This document shows, one piece after another, positions 19,460-28,504 of a stretch of 64,000 bases of DNA (its first letter is position 1; every line of letters begins with the position of its first letter). The notes below the pieces were generated by a model. It was not told the origin of the DNA, did not search any database, and saw only the letters and a program-made list of their open reading frames with translations. This DNA comes from a virus (taxonomy: Duplodnaviria; Caudoviricetes), in the IMG/VR virus record IMGVR_UViG_2933660794_000001, positions 24,816-88,815 of that record; one strand, given 5' to 3'. The translations under genes and the position numbers were made by a program.

Positions 19460-19963
19460 ATGCCCGGCATGAGGAAGATGCGCAGGGTGGGGGCCGTGGC
19501 GGGCGTAGTCGTCTCGGTTTTGCTGATCGGTGGCTGCTCGGACGGTGGGGACGACAAGGCCGCTGAGGACACGGGGAAGTCGATTGATGAGTTGAACCGG
19601 GAGCTGTTGAGTCCGTCGCCGGACGATGACGATTCGTTTGTGGATGGGGGCGGTTACGACCCTGATGTCATGGACGGCAGCGTGGATTCGCCTACTGCGG
19701 TGGCCCCGGCTCGTCAGATGAGCGAGGGCTCGTACGAGATAGGGACGAAGCCGAGGAGCGGGGACGGCGAGGTGGAGGTTGCCTTGCCGGGTACGTACGT
19801 GCTGCAGGATCCCCTGCCGGATTGCTACTGGGAGCGTTCTACGGAGGGTGGGGACATCATTGAGAATCGGTTCGTGACGGCAGCGAAGAGGCTGACGGTG
19901 ACGGTTCGGGTGGGTGAGTTGTTCACGTCGCGTGAGTGTGGGACGTGGTCGTTGGTGAAGTAG
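19460..19963 (+). CDS. Lipoprotein
   Basis: Basic N-terminus, hydrophobic stretch and lipobox LIGG-C; C-terminal PGTY...CYWER...CGTW domain seen in actinobacterial secreted proteins; GAGAGG RBS. Confidence 0.8.
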   Translation: MPGMRKMRRVGAVAGVVVSVLLIGGCSDGGDDKAAEDTGKSIDELNRELLSPSPDDDDSFVDGGGYDPDVMDGSVDSPTAVAPARQMSEGSYEIGTKPRSGDGEVEVALPGTYVLQDPLPDCYWERSTEGGDIIENRFVTAAKRLTVTVRVGELFTSRECGTWSLVK

Positions 19964-19979
19964 CTGGCCGCGGGTGTGG

Positions 19980-20019
19980 GTCGGGCCCGTCACCGGGGGG
20001 ATTCGGTGGCGGGCCCGAC
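19980..20019. terminator. Hairpin between convergent genes
   Basis: GTCGGGCCCGTCACCG ... CGGTGGCGGGCCCGAC inverted repeat just after the lipoprotein stop. Confidence 0.65.
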
Positions 20020-20188
20020 GTGTGCTCGAGAGCCGGGGGGGGAGGGGTCTCGAGCTGGTCTGTGCACGGCCCGGACTTCCTGCATGGCTTGGGCGCGGGG
20101 ACACCGGAGTCCAAGAAGCTGTCCGGGCCGTGCAGTTCTGATGGTGGCGTACAGGTGGGGGTTTGTCAGAGACGCGTTCCCCCTGCGG

Positions 20189-20740
20189 CTACTCCCCCGT
20201 CGTTCCGGGCGGGAGCTGGTTGTGGGTGCTGGCCCAGATGCCGCGGGTGGTGCTGTTCACGGTCCGCTGGTCGACGGTGGCGTTGTAGTGGTGGTGGTGC
20301 GTGGCCGGGGCGGCTTCGACGACTTCCTTGGTCCGCTTGACGAGCCGGGACAGGGCGAGGATCGGTACGGCGAGGGCGGCGGGGGCGGCAACGATGAAGC
20401 TGACCACGGTGGGGTTGGCGTGGCCGGAGGCGATGAGGATGCCGCTGACGGAGGCGCTGAAGAGGACGGAGGCGACGCCGGTGGAGATCATGCGGGCGCT
20501 GTAGTCGACGGCGCTCTGGCTCATGGGGGGTCGTCCGGGCTGGGGGACGGGCGGGTTGGTGCCGTAGGCGGGCACGGGGGTGAGGTCGCGGTACGAGGTG
20601 GGTGCGGCCTTCGCGGGGTGGGTTGCCTGATTGAAGGCGGATTCGAGGTCGGCGAGGAAGGCGTAGGCGTCGGGGGTGGGCTGCCCGGCCGTGGTGACGT
20701 GGGGCTGCCGTGTGTGGGGCTTGGGCAGGTGGGTGGTCAT
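20189..20740 (-). CDS. Spread (Spd)-type two-TM membrane protein
   Basis: 183 aa; Pro-rich N-terminus, two TM helices, HHHHYNATVDQR C-terminal motif resembling Streptomyces plasmid spread proteins. Confidence 0.55.
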   Translation of the reverse strand: MTTHLPKPHTRQPHVTTAGQPTPDAYAFLADLESAFNQATHPAKAAPTSYRDLTPVPAYGTNPPVPQPGRPPMSQSAVDYSARMISTGVASVLFSASVSGILIASGHANPTVVSFIVAAPAALAVPILALSRLVKRTKEVVEAAPATHHHHYNATVDQRTVNSTTRGIWASTHNQLPPGTTGE

Positions 20741-20780
20741 AGGGGCTCTTCCTGGGTGCGGCGGGCGGTGAGGGGATACA

Positions 20781-20809
20781 GAAAGCCCCCGGGTACGACC
20801 CGGGGGCTT
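20781..20809 (-). terminator. Intrinsic terminator after the traB operon
   Basis: AAGCCCCCGGG-N5-CCCGGGGGCTT followed by a T-rich run on the minus strand. Confidence 0.75.
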
Positions 20810-20828
20810 GCCTGGTCGTGGGATGGGG

Positions 20829-21005
20829 TCAGTCGGCGTCCGAGTCGTCGACGCTGCCTGACTGCTCTGCGAAGTAGATGGCGGCGAAGCGCACAGCGGA
20901 GTTCTCGCTGAGTCCGGCCTTCTTCAGACCGTTGATCAGCTCACTCATGTGGAGCATCGCCTCGTCCATCGGGGTCATCTTCAGATCCGGGAACTCGTCC
21001 GCCAT
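20829..21005 (-). CDS. Small hypothetical protein overlapping the traB 3' end
   Basis: ATG 21005 with GAGG RBS; 58 aa MADEFPDLKMTPMDEAMLHMSELINGLKKAGLSENSAVRF. Confidence 0.55.
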   Translation of the reverse strand: MADEFPDLKMTPMDEAMLHMSELINGLKKAGLSENSAVRFAAIYFAEQSGSVDDSDAD

Positions 21006-23109
21006 TGGGAACCTCATCGCACTCGGCTGCCGCGTAGGTTCCATCATGACGCCTGACCAGCTTGTCCTGTAGGCCGAGTTTCGCGGTCAGGTCGCGGAAG
21101 GTTCGCTCGGACTTCTCGTAGCCGGCCTTCACCATCAACGGGTAGATCTCGCTGGGCTTGGCGGGCCGGCCCATCGAGGTGAACAGTTCGATGGCAAGGT
21201 CGTCGTCGGTCTTGGGCTTGGCTGAGGTCTTGGCGAGTTCGATGGCTGCTTCTTGGGCGGCGAGCCGGTCGAGTTCGTCGTCGGTGAGCATCGTCTCGGA
21301 CAGGCGGGGGATCTCGGCTGCGGCACCGTTCGCTGGTGCGGAGAGCGTGTGTCCGTCGTCGTCGGCGGCGCGGCCGAGGAGCAGGTCGTAGGGGACGGGT
21401 TTCTCCCAGGACTGGTACAGCTCCCACACGGATTCGTGCATGCGGTCGGCTGTGACGTTGCCGTGGGCGTCGCCTCGGAGGTTGGGGATGATGCGGGCCC
21501 AGCGTTGTGACCAGGCGAGGCCCATGGCCTTGGCGGTGACGGGGTCCATGTCGGGACGGATGTCGGATAGTTCGCGGGCGGCGTCCATGAACAGGGTCTG
21601 CATCCGCTTGTAGTCGTCGCTGCCCTCAGGGAACGCTTCGGCCATGGTGGCGTAGGCCTTGGCGGGGGTGGGCTGGAAGGGGCCCTTGGTGGTCGACATG
21701 TAGGTGACGGTGCCGGGGTCGGTGAAGATGGCCATGTCGGGGGCGCCGGTGTCGGGGAACAGCATCTGCAGTTCGGAGCTGTTGTTGGTGCGCAGGCCGA
21801 TGCGGCCGGGGGTGAGTTCGTCCATGGTGCCGGTGATGTATTCGCGGGTGGCGCGGAGTCCGGTGTTGGAGACGCGGACGTTGACGGAGCGGCCTTCTTC
21901 GATGATGAAGTCGATGCCGGCGAGGACGTCGTCGGGCATGCTCTTGGTCTCATCGACGCGGATGTGGATGGCGGGGATGTCGGGGCGGGCGGGCAGGTTG
22001 TCGACGTCTTCGTCTTCGAGGAGGTCGGCGTATTCGGTCTTGCGGGCGGCGATCGCGTTCTTGGCGGCTTGGATGGCGACTCGGCATTCGTCTTCGGTGG
22101 TGGCGGGCCAGTCGATGAGGGGCCGGCCGATGCCGTGCCGGAGGTAGGGGTTGACGAAGACGGCGGACATCTTGGCTGAGGTGTCGAGGTCGATGACGAT
22201 GGCGTCGACGCAGCGGACGAGTCCGAGGCCGAGGGTCTTCATCAGGGCGGTTTTGCCGGAGCCCTGGGCGCCGATCGCGATGAAGCCTTCGTCCTTGAGG
22301 TTGAGGCCGGCCTCGGCGCCGTTGCCGACGACACCGAAGCCGACCGGCTTGTTGATCGTGGTTGGGGTGAGCTTCGGGTAGGGGATGGCGCCGGACATCA
22401 TGTTCTTCTCGGTGACGGCGATGAAGACGACGTTGCGGGGGGTGTTGGGGCCGCCGGCGTTGAAGCTGACGCCGCCGCCTTTGGGGAGGTGGAGGGCGCC
22501 CGCGAGGGGGGCTTCGTAGCCGCGGAGGGCGTCGATGTTCATGTGCGCGGGCAGGGTGATCTTTACGGTGTAACCAGCTCCGCTGATCCAGCGGTCGATG
22601 ACGGGGTCGGCGACGGCGCCTTCGATGCCGCAGATGTCGTACAGCAGCTTCGCCCACCCGTCCTGCGCCGCCTTGATCTCGCTGCCCTGTTCGAGGCGGC
22701 GGTCTAGTTCCTTCTCGGCGGCGCGGGTTTCTTCGCCCCACTTGTCCATGCCGATGTTGACGGCGGCTCCGGTGGCCCAGATGGCGCCTCCGAAGGCCAT
22801 CTTCAGCAGGGTGGGGCCTTCGGCGAGGGTGTAGGACAGCCATCCGGTCGTTGCGAGCCAGGCGGAGGCCCTGGCGACCATGACGCGTCGCCAGGATCCC
22901 CGGGCGTGTTCGTAGAGGACGGCCGCGCCCGTGCAGATGACGCCGGCTCCGGCGCCGGCTTCCCACGGGATGTCCGCGAGGGGAGCCACCAGCGCGGTTG
23001 CTACGCCGAGTTCGCTGCCCCATGCGACGAGCCGCCCGTGGGTGACCGCGTCCCTGCTAAAGTCCCAGCGCTTTTCTGCGGGTGTTACCAGTAGCTCTGC
23101 ATTGGACAT
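20941..23109 (-). CDS. traB: TraB-like conjugative dsDNA translocase (FtsK/SpoIIIE-related)
   Basis: 722 aa; N-terminal TM segments, Walker A GAQGSGKT, Walker B IHIRVDE, GRSVNV, C-terminal winged-helix-like region; flanked by spread-type genes. Confidence 0.82.
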   Translation of the reverse strand: MSNAELLVTPAEKRWDFSRDAVTHGRLVAWGSELGVATALVAPLADIPWEAGAGAGVICTGAAVLYEHARGSWRRVMVARASAWLATTGWLSYTLAEGPTLLKMAFGGAIWATGAAVNIGMDKWGEETRAAEKELDRRLEQGSEIKAAQDGWAKLLYDICGIEGAVADPVIDRWISGAGYTVKITLPAHMNIDALRGYEAPLAGALHLPKGGGVSFNAGGPNTPRNVVFIAVTEKNMMSGAIPYPKLTPTTINKPVGFGVVGNGAEAGLNLKDEGFIAIGAQGSGKTALMKTLGLGLVRCVDAIVIDLDTSAKMSAVFVNPYLRHGIGRPLIDWPATTEDECRVAIQAAKNAIAARKTEYADLLEDEDVDNLPARPDIPAIHIRVDETKSMPDDVLAGIDFIIEEGRSVNVRVSNTGLRATREYITGTMDELTPGRIGLRTNNSSELQMLFPDTGAPDMAIFTDPGTVTYMSTTKGPFQPTPAKAYATMAEAFPEGSDDYKRMQTLFMDAARELSDIRPDMDPVTAKAMGLAWSQRWARIIPNLRGDAHGNVTADRMHESVWELYQSWEKPVPYDLLLGRAADDDGHTLSAPANGAAAEIPRLSETMLTDDELDRLAAQEAAIELAKTSAKPKTDDDLAIELFTSMGRPAKPSEIYPLMVKAGYEKSERTFRDLTAKLGLQDKLVRRHDGTYAAAECDEVPNGGRVPGSEDDPDGRGDAPHE

Positions 23110-23127
23110 GACCTTGTCTCCCTTCGG

Positions 23128-25347
23128 TTAGCTGGCCGGCCCGCGGCCGACGACGTCCCACTTCTTCTCTGCGTTCGCGCCCTTGCGAGGTTTGGCGTTC
23201 AGGCGCAGCTCACGCTCGTGTGCGCGTTGTGCTGCCTTGATGGCCTTCCTCAGTTCGGTCGAGACGGTTCGGACCTTCGAGGCGGTCGCGCGGACGGTGT
23301 CGTCTACGACGCCTTCGGTGGGCCAGGTCTTGACCATGCGCCGGTACAGCTTGGTGACGGAGTCGGCGACGACTTCGACTCCGGCGGCGGCCCCGGCGAC
23401 TTCGGACAGGACGGTGACCATGTGGCCTCGGGTGAAGCCCTTCATCAGGTTGATCAGCTTCTTGGTGCTGCCGTCGGAGGCCGGTACCAGCTTGCTGCCG
23501 CCGTTGGTGCCGGGCTCGGAGGTGCCTGCGGGCAGAGCGAGGCGGGCAGAGTGCGCGGAGGAGATCGCGGCGCGGAGTTTCGCGGCGTCGAGGGTGCCGG
23601 GGCCGTTGCGGAGGTTCCAGCGTTCTTCGCCAATGCGGGGGTCGAGGACGCGGATGATGTCCTGGCGGTGTGCCTGGACGAACACGACCATGATCTGGTC
23701 TGCCATGACGCCGGCGCTGCGGGCGGCGATGGCCGCGTTGTTCAAGTGTTTGATCACTGACGGGTGGAGTGGGGCTGTCCGGGCTAGCGCGCGGGCTGCT
23801 TCCTGTACGGCGAGGGACAGGTTCTTGCACATGTTCGGGATGCCGGTGAGTTCCACGATGTGGTCGGCCATGTCGGCGTCGTCGTTGTTGTACAGGCCGT
23901 GGGCGAGCTGGTCGGCCATGGCGTGGAGGATGGCGTAGGCGGTGGAGCCTCGGAAGTCGACCTGTCGTGCGATGGCGGCGCCGGCGGTGCGGGTGCTGGC
24001 CGGGGAGGCCTGGATCGCGGGGTAGTTCACGGGGGTGCTCCTCGGTGTCTCTGCGGCCGCTGTGAGGGCGAGCAGCTGTTCTTGACGGTCGAGTTCGAAG
24101 TCGATCCGCCGGTTCTCGGCGCGGATCCGTTCGAGTTTGACCTTGGCGGGGTCGCCCATGCTGCCGTCGCGGGCGGCTTCCTTCTCGGCCTTCTTGCCTG
24201 CGGTGATCGCTTGACGGCGGCGGTCCTTTTCGCGCTTTGCCTTGACCAAGGCGATCCGGTCTTCGTCGATGACCTCGGCGTCGATGACGTCGTCGGGGCC
24301 GGCATCCGGCTTGGGGGGCAGGTCGTCGTCGACGAGTTCGGCGTCGACGTACTCGTCTGGGTCGTAGTCGGGCTTCGGCGGGAGGTCACCGCCGCCGCCC
24401 TTCGGGCCCTTCGGGGCGAGGCCGTCACGCGCGGTCGAGCTGGAGGCGTCGTTGTCCTTGCCGTTGCGGTCCTTGGGCTTCCGGTCGTGCTTGTCTTTCG
24501 GCTTCTTGGGGTCGAGACCGTCGGGTGAGCTGGTCCACGGGGCCTGCGGGCGCTTGTTCTTCTTCGCCTTGTCGGCGTTGCTCTGCCTCTTCGGGTCAGT
24601 GTTGGCGCTCCCGGTGCCGTCGTGCTTGCTGTTCTTGGGGCTCTTGCGCTTGTCGGTCTTGTTCGGCTTCAGCTTGTCGGTGACGGACTTGCCGAGCTTG
24701 CTGAGCTTGTCGGCAACCGGGTCCTTGGTCTTGGGCTTCTTGTGGGGGCCGCTGTGGTTGTCGTGGTGGCCCTTCGGGGTCTTGTGCCTGCCGCCGCCGC
24801 TGCCGTGGTTTACGCGGCCCGATCCACCCGTGCTGCTGTTGTTCCGGCCAGCGCCTGCGCCGTTGTTCCGTCCAGCTCCGCCACCGTTGTTGCGGCCGCG
24901 CCCTCCGCTGCCGTTGGACCCGCTGCGAGATCCGTCTGCGGATCCGTTCCTGGAGGTCGCGTCGTTGCTGTTGGCGTCGTGGTCGCCGCTTCGGGAGCGC
25001 CACATCAGGGCGGCGACCGCAGCTGGGGCAATGGTGCCGCCGATGATGGCGCCGATGGGTCCGCCGAGGAGAAATCCAAGGCCGATCGCCGCCGTTTCTC
25101 CGCTCACGCTGTGTGAGATCGCTGCGTATCCGTTTCGCAGTGAATTGTCACTGTTGACCTGAGAACGGCTCGGGGCGGGGCGGGGCGGGGCGACGCCACG
25201 GCCCTGCTGGACGACCACGAGAGGGCTTCCGGAGCCGTTCTGGCTTCCGCCCCGCCCCGCCCCGCCACCAGCGCCGTCACTCACCGTAGTGTCCGGAGAG
25301 GTCGCTGAAGGGTCGATACGGAAGGGGCTAATCGTCTCTCCGCTCAC
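23128..25347 (-). CDS. TraA-like transfer protein with low-complexity N-terminal half and tandem C-terminal domains
   Basis: Directly upstream of traB; TM segment, Gly/Asn- and Lys-rich tracts, two AH..x..PR.G.E..W(N/D) repeats; start uncertain (25347 or 25356). Confidence 0.55.
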   Translation of the reverse strand: MSGETISPFRIDPSATSPDTTVSDGAGGGAGRGGSQNGSGSPLVVVQQGRGVAPPRPAPSRSQVNSDNSLRNGYAAISHSVSGETAAIGLGFLLGGPIGAIIGGTIAPAAVAALMWRSRSGDHDANSNDATSRNGSADGSRSGSNGSGGRGRNNGGGAGRNNGAGAGRNNSSTGGSGRVNHGSGGGRHKTPKGHHDNHSGPHKKPKTKDPVADKLSKLGKSVTDKLKPNKTDKRKSPKNSKHDGTGSANTDPKRQSNADKAKKNKRPQAPWTSSPDGLDPKKPKDKHDRKPKDRNGKDNDASSSTARDGLAPKGPKGGGGDLPPKPDYDPDEYVDAELVDDDLPPKPDAGPDDVIDAEVIDEDRIALVKAKREKDRRRQAITAGKKAEKEAARDGSMGDPAKVKLERIRAENRRIDFELDRQEQLLALTAAAETPRSTPVNYPAIQASPASTRTAGAAIARQVDFRGSTAYAILHAMADQLAHGLYNNDDADMADHIVELTGIPNMCKNLSLAVQEAARALARTAPLHPSVIKHLNNAAIAARSAGVMADQIMVVFVQAHRQDIIRVLDPRIGEERWNLRNGPGTLDAAKLRAAISSAHSARLALPAGTSEPGTNGGSKLVPASDGSTKKLINLMKGFTRGHMVTVLSEVAGAAAGVEVVADSVTKLYRRMVKTWPTEGVVDDTVRATASKVRTVSTELRKAIKAAQRAHERELRLNAKPRKGANAEKKWDVVGRGPAS

Positions 25348-25408
25348 CTCCTGCACTTCCTTTCTACGATCTGGGGGGTGGAGTTCCTCGACTGACTCAC
25401 GGTGGTTC

Positions 25409-25786
25409 TCATGCCGTCTTCTCGGACTTCGGGTTCTGGGCCGCCTCGTACAGTCGCTGGGCGGTGACGAGACGGTCATAGGCGGTGGTCTGGGTCAGGG
25501 CCAGTCGGTTCATGACGTCCTCGAGGGACACCGCCTTGGGGTCACCGGCCTTCTGGATCCACGAGTGGACAGCGTTGATCTGGGCCTGCCGCCAGTGCCT
25601 GCCAACTCGGCCGCGCAGCTCTGCCAGGTCGTCGGGCTGGTCTGCCAGTCCTGCCAGCGTCCCTGCCAGTGCCAGCGGGAGCACTGCCAGCGCGGTCTCC
25701 ACGCCGTGCTTGGCACACAGCGGGATGGGCTGGCTGGTAGCCGGAGCGGACTGGCAGTTCTCGACGGTGCATCGGGTCGGGTTCAC
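25409..25786 (-). CDS. Hypothetical protein with Cys/His N-terminus and HTH-like C-terminus
   Basis: 125 aa, AAAGG RBS; CTVENC...LCAKH and VMNRLALTQTTAYDRL. Confidence 0.6.
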   Translation of the reverse strand: MNPTRCTVENCQSAPATSQPIPLCAKHGVETALAVLPLALAGTLAGLADQPDDLAELRGRVGRHWRQAQINAVHSWIQKAGDPKAVSLEDVMNRLALTQTTAYDRLVTAQRLYEAAQNPKSEKTA

Positions 25787-26235
25787 GGTGGTGCCTTTCG
25801 CTGGCAGGTTGCTTGGCAGTTAGGAGGCGAGCCGCATGGGCTTTGCCAGCTCGGTGTGGCCGGCGTCGACGGCGAGGGTCCTGAGCTGCTGGGCTCGGGA
25901 GCGGGAGACGCCAAGGGCCTTGCCGAGAGTGGCGTCGGACGGGGCCTTGCCTTCCTTCTCCTTCAGCAGCTGGTAGACGTCGACGACCTGCTGGATGTCG
26001 ACGGCGCTGGCACTGGTAGCAGTGCTCTGGCTGGCGTTGGCACTGGCAGGCTGGCTGCTGGTAGCAGCCGGGTTGGCAGCGTTGGCGCTGGCAGCGCTGG
26101 CAGGTTCGACCGGGGTGCTGGCAGCCGGGGTGGTAGCAGCGTTGGCAGCCGGGCGGCTGGCACTGGCAGGGCGACTGGCAGGCGCCGGGCTGGCACTGGC
26201 AGCGCGCACGATCTCGGCAGCGCGGCGGCTGGCAG
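25586..26235. repeat. Dense CTG(C/G)CAG repeat array, candidate clt / TraB recognition locus
   Basis: Exact CTGCCAG at 25621, 25642, 25651, 25663, 25684; exact CTGGCAG at 25751, 25801, 26043, 26088, 26097, 26118, 26163, 26175, 26196, 26229, plus many one-mismatch copies. Confidence 0.7.
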
Positions 26236-27400
26236 CCTCCTTCTCGGCGGCGGCCCGGGCGGCGGCTTCCTCGTTCTCCCGGCGGAGGCGGGCGGCTTCG
26301 GCGGCACGCTCCTGTTCGGCGGCGACGCGGCGGGCGTGCTCCAGCTGCTCCTGCTGGCGACGGTGCTCGGCCTCGGCGGCGGCCGCGGTCTGCTGGCGGG
26401 CGATCTCTTCGAGGCGGACCTTGGCCTCGGCGTCGGCGATCTGCTGCCGGCGTGCCGCCTCGCGCCGCTGGTTGTCCAGCTCGAGGGCGCGGCGTTCCTG
26501 CTCGATGCGGTCGGCTTCGGCCTGGCGCTTGCGTTCGTCCTCGAGGCGCTGCTGTTCCTGCTCGTAGGCGAGGTCCTGGCGGCGCCGCTCGTCTTCGGCG
26601 TGCTGCGCCTCGCGGGCGATGCGGGCTTCCTCGTCGCGGCGCTTGGCTTCCTCACGGGCGGGGAGGTCGATGGCCTCGGTGATGCTCATTCCGTTCTTCG
26701 TGGCGAGCCACAGGATCAGGAGCTGCTCCGCGGTGGCCTTGCGGCGCCAGGTGCGCCCGTGCTCCTTGCGGAGCTGGCCAATGTAGATGCGGCGCTCCCG
26801 CTCGAGGGTCAGGACCTCGTCCCAGGTGCGGATCTTCCACAGCCGCTGGCGCCGCCACAGGACGAAGGTGCCGACGGGGTTGAGGAACCAGCGGGAGGGG
26901 TTGGGGCCTTCGAGGTGCTTGTCGGCGACGATCTCGGCGATGCGGCCGACGGCGTGGCGGGCGGCTTCGACTGCGATGACGAAGAGGACTGGGATGACGC
27001 CGTGCATGCTGACGCCGACGGGGTCGGGCCAGGCGGCGACGGCGTTGAAGGCGATGGTGGCGGTGGTGAGGCCCCAGGCGGTGTAGCGGAGGAGGGGGAA
27101 GGGGATGCGGCGCCAGGTGAGGAGGAGGTCGAGGGCGAGGAAGGCGATGATGCCGGCATCGACGGCGATGGGGAAGGCGTGGGCGAACTCGCCGAAGCCC
27201 TTGTTGAGGGCGAGGTGGGTGACGGCGCTGTAGGAGCCGACGAAGCCGAGGGTGGCGATGACGAGGACAGCGCCGACGACGATTCCGGTGAGGATCTTCT
27301 GGGTGCGGGTGAGAGGCTGAAGGGTGGGCTTCCCCGGCGCGGTGGGCGCGAGGGGTCCGCCGGGGCGGTTCGGCTCGTTGCCGGCCGGGGTGGGGTTCAC
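25820..27400 (-). CDS. DUF2637 / SpdB-like membrane protein
   Basis: 526 aa; four TM helices (FVGSYSAV, FPIAVDAGI, TIAFN, HGVIP), long coiled coil, Ala/Ser/Pro repeat region, C-terminal HTH (LGKALGVSRSRAQQLR). Confidence 0.8.
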   Translation of the reverse strand: MNPTPAGNEPNRPGGPLAPTAPGKPTLQPLTRTQKILTGIVVGAVLVIATLGFVGSYSAVTHLALNKGFGEFAHAFPIAVDAGIIAFLALDLLLTWRRIPFPLLRYTAWGLTTATIAFNAVAAWPDPVGVSMHGVIPVLFVIAVEAARHAVGRIAEIVADKHLEGPNPSRWFLNPVGTFVLWRRQRLWKIRTWDEVLTLERERRIYIGQLRKEHGRTWRRKATAEQLLILWLATKNGMSITEAIDLPAREEAKRRDEEARIAREAQHAEDERRRQDLAYEQEQQRLEDERKRQAEADRIEQERRALELDNQRREAARRQQIADAEAKVRLEEIARQQTAAAAEAEHRRQQEQLEHARRVAAEQERAAEAARLRRENEEAAARAAAEKEAASRRAAEIVRAASASPAPASRPASASRPAANAATTPAASTPVEPASAASANAANPAATSSQPASANASQSTATSASAVDIQQVVDVYQLLKEKEGKAPSDATLGKALGVSRSRAQQLRTLAVDAGHTELAKPMRLAS

Positions 27401-27424
27401 GGGGATCGGTGTCCTTTCTGGTGG

Positions 27425-27595
27425 TCAGGCGGCGGGGGTCAGGTCGGTGGCCGGCTTGGGGGTCGGCTTTGTCTTGAGGGCGAGCCAGGCGGGTTGGGTG
27501 TCGATCTCGGCGAAGACGATCTCGGCGTCGAAGTCGGCGGGCATCCAGGTGCTGCTGTCGTTGCCGTGGGCTTGGGCGAACTCGGGTCCGGTCAT
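27425..27595 (-). CDS. Small hypothetical protein
   Basis: Manually read 56 aa (MTGPEFAQAHGNDSSTW...), ATGA overlap with the upstream gene. Confidence 0.5.
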   Translation of the reverse strand: MTGPEFAQAHGNDSSTWMPADFDAEIVFAEIDTQPAWLALKTKPTPKPATDLTPAA

Positions 27596-27882
27596 CGCTG
27601 GTCGGCTCCCTTCGGGGTGAGGCCGCGGAGCCGGTTGATGGTCGGCCCGAACGCGGCGGTGAACATCGGGGTGAGGGTGCCGTTGGCGCCGAACGCGGTG
27701 GCGATGGCGGCGGTGACGGCGAAGAGGTCGGGGGTGTTGGCCATCAGCTCGTACATGGCGATGCCGGCGGCGAGGGTGGCGGTGATGAGGAGGGTCTCGG
27801 CGATGGCGGTGAGAGCGTTGGCCTTGGCCTGGTTGCGGCGGGCAGCCCGGTCGAAACGGCGTTCGTTGGTGTGCTGGTCCAT
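27592..27882 (-). CDS. Small membrane protein (spread-like)
   Basis: 96 aa with two hydrophobic segments; AAGGAG RBS. Confidence 0.6.
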   Translation of the reverse strand: MDQHTNERRFDRAARRNQAKANALTAIAETLLITATLAAGIAMYELMANTPDLFAVTAAIATAFGANGTLTPMFTAAFGPTINRLRGLTPKGADQR

Positions 27883-28000
27883 TGCGGTCTCCTTCCGGTC
27901 TGTGCGGGTGGGTGGGGTGCTGGCCTTGCTGGGGGCCGTCCCCGCCTGGGGGATGTAGCGGGGGCGGCCTCCAGCCGGGCCAGGGGCCCGGGGTTGGGGG

Positions 28001-28504
28001 TTAGTGGGTGTTGTCTTCGTGGTCGTCGTGGGTGAGGTCGCGGATGATCGTGTCGGCGATGAGGTCGTCGTAGTCGGGCTGGTCGGTGGGCTGGTCCATG
28101 TGGTCCTTCCGGGGGTCGAGGGCGGCGCAGGCGCGGGCGGTGGTGTCGCGGAGGTCCGGGTCGGCGAGGTTGTGAGCGGTGAGCCAGCCCTGGTGGGCGG
28201 CGTCCTTCTGCTGGTCGAGCGGGAGGGAGCGGACGGCCGGGTTGGTGTCCGGGTTGGTGAGGCGCTCCACCAGAAGGCCGGGCAGGCTGGTGACGTCCAG
28301 GGCGTCCGGGGAGCCGGCCAGCACCGCGACCAGGACCTGGGTCATGTTCAGGTTGTGCCGGTCGTGGGCGATGAGCCGGGCGCCGTCCAGCATCAAGTCG
28401 ATGCCGGGGTGGATACCGCGGAGGTCTTCGAGCAGGTCACCGAGGTCGGTACCGTCCACGTTGGGCACGGCGTTGTCGTCGGTGCTGGGGAACGGGCCGG
28501 ACAT
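28001..28504 (-). CDS. Hypothetical protein
   Basis: Start re-assigned to ATG 28504, coupled to the upstream stop. Confidence 0.6.
   Translation of the reverse strand: MSGPFPSTDDNAVPNVDGTDLGDLLEDLRGIHPGIDLMLDGARLIAHDRHNLNMTQVLVAVLAGSPDALDVTSLPGLLVERLTNPDTNPAVRSLPLDQQKDAAHQGWLTAHNLADPDLRDTTARACAALDPRKDHMDQPTDQPDYDDLIADTIIRDLTHDDHEDNTH

Noticed and set aside
25289-27958. 889-aa plus-strand ORF
   Set aside because: Antisense to the DUF2637/spread genes; Gly-rich mirror sequence with no RBS or motif
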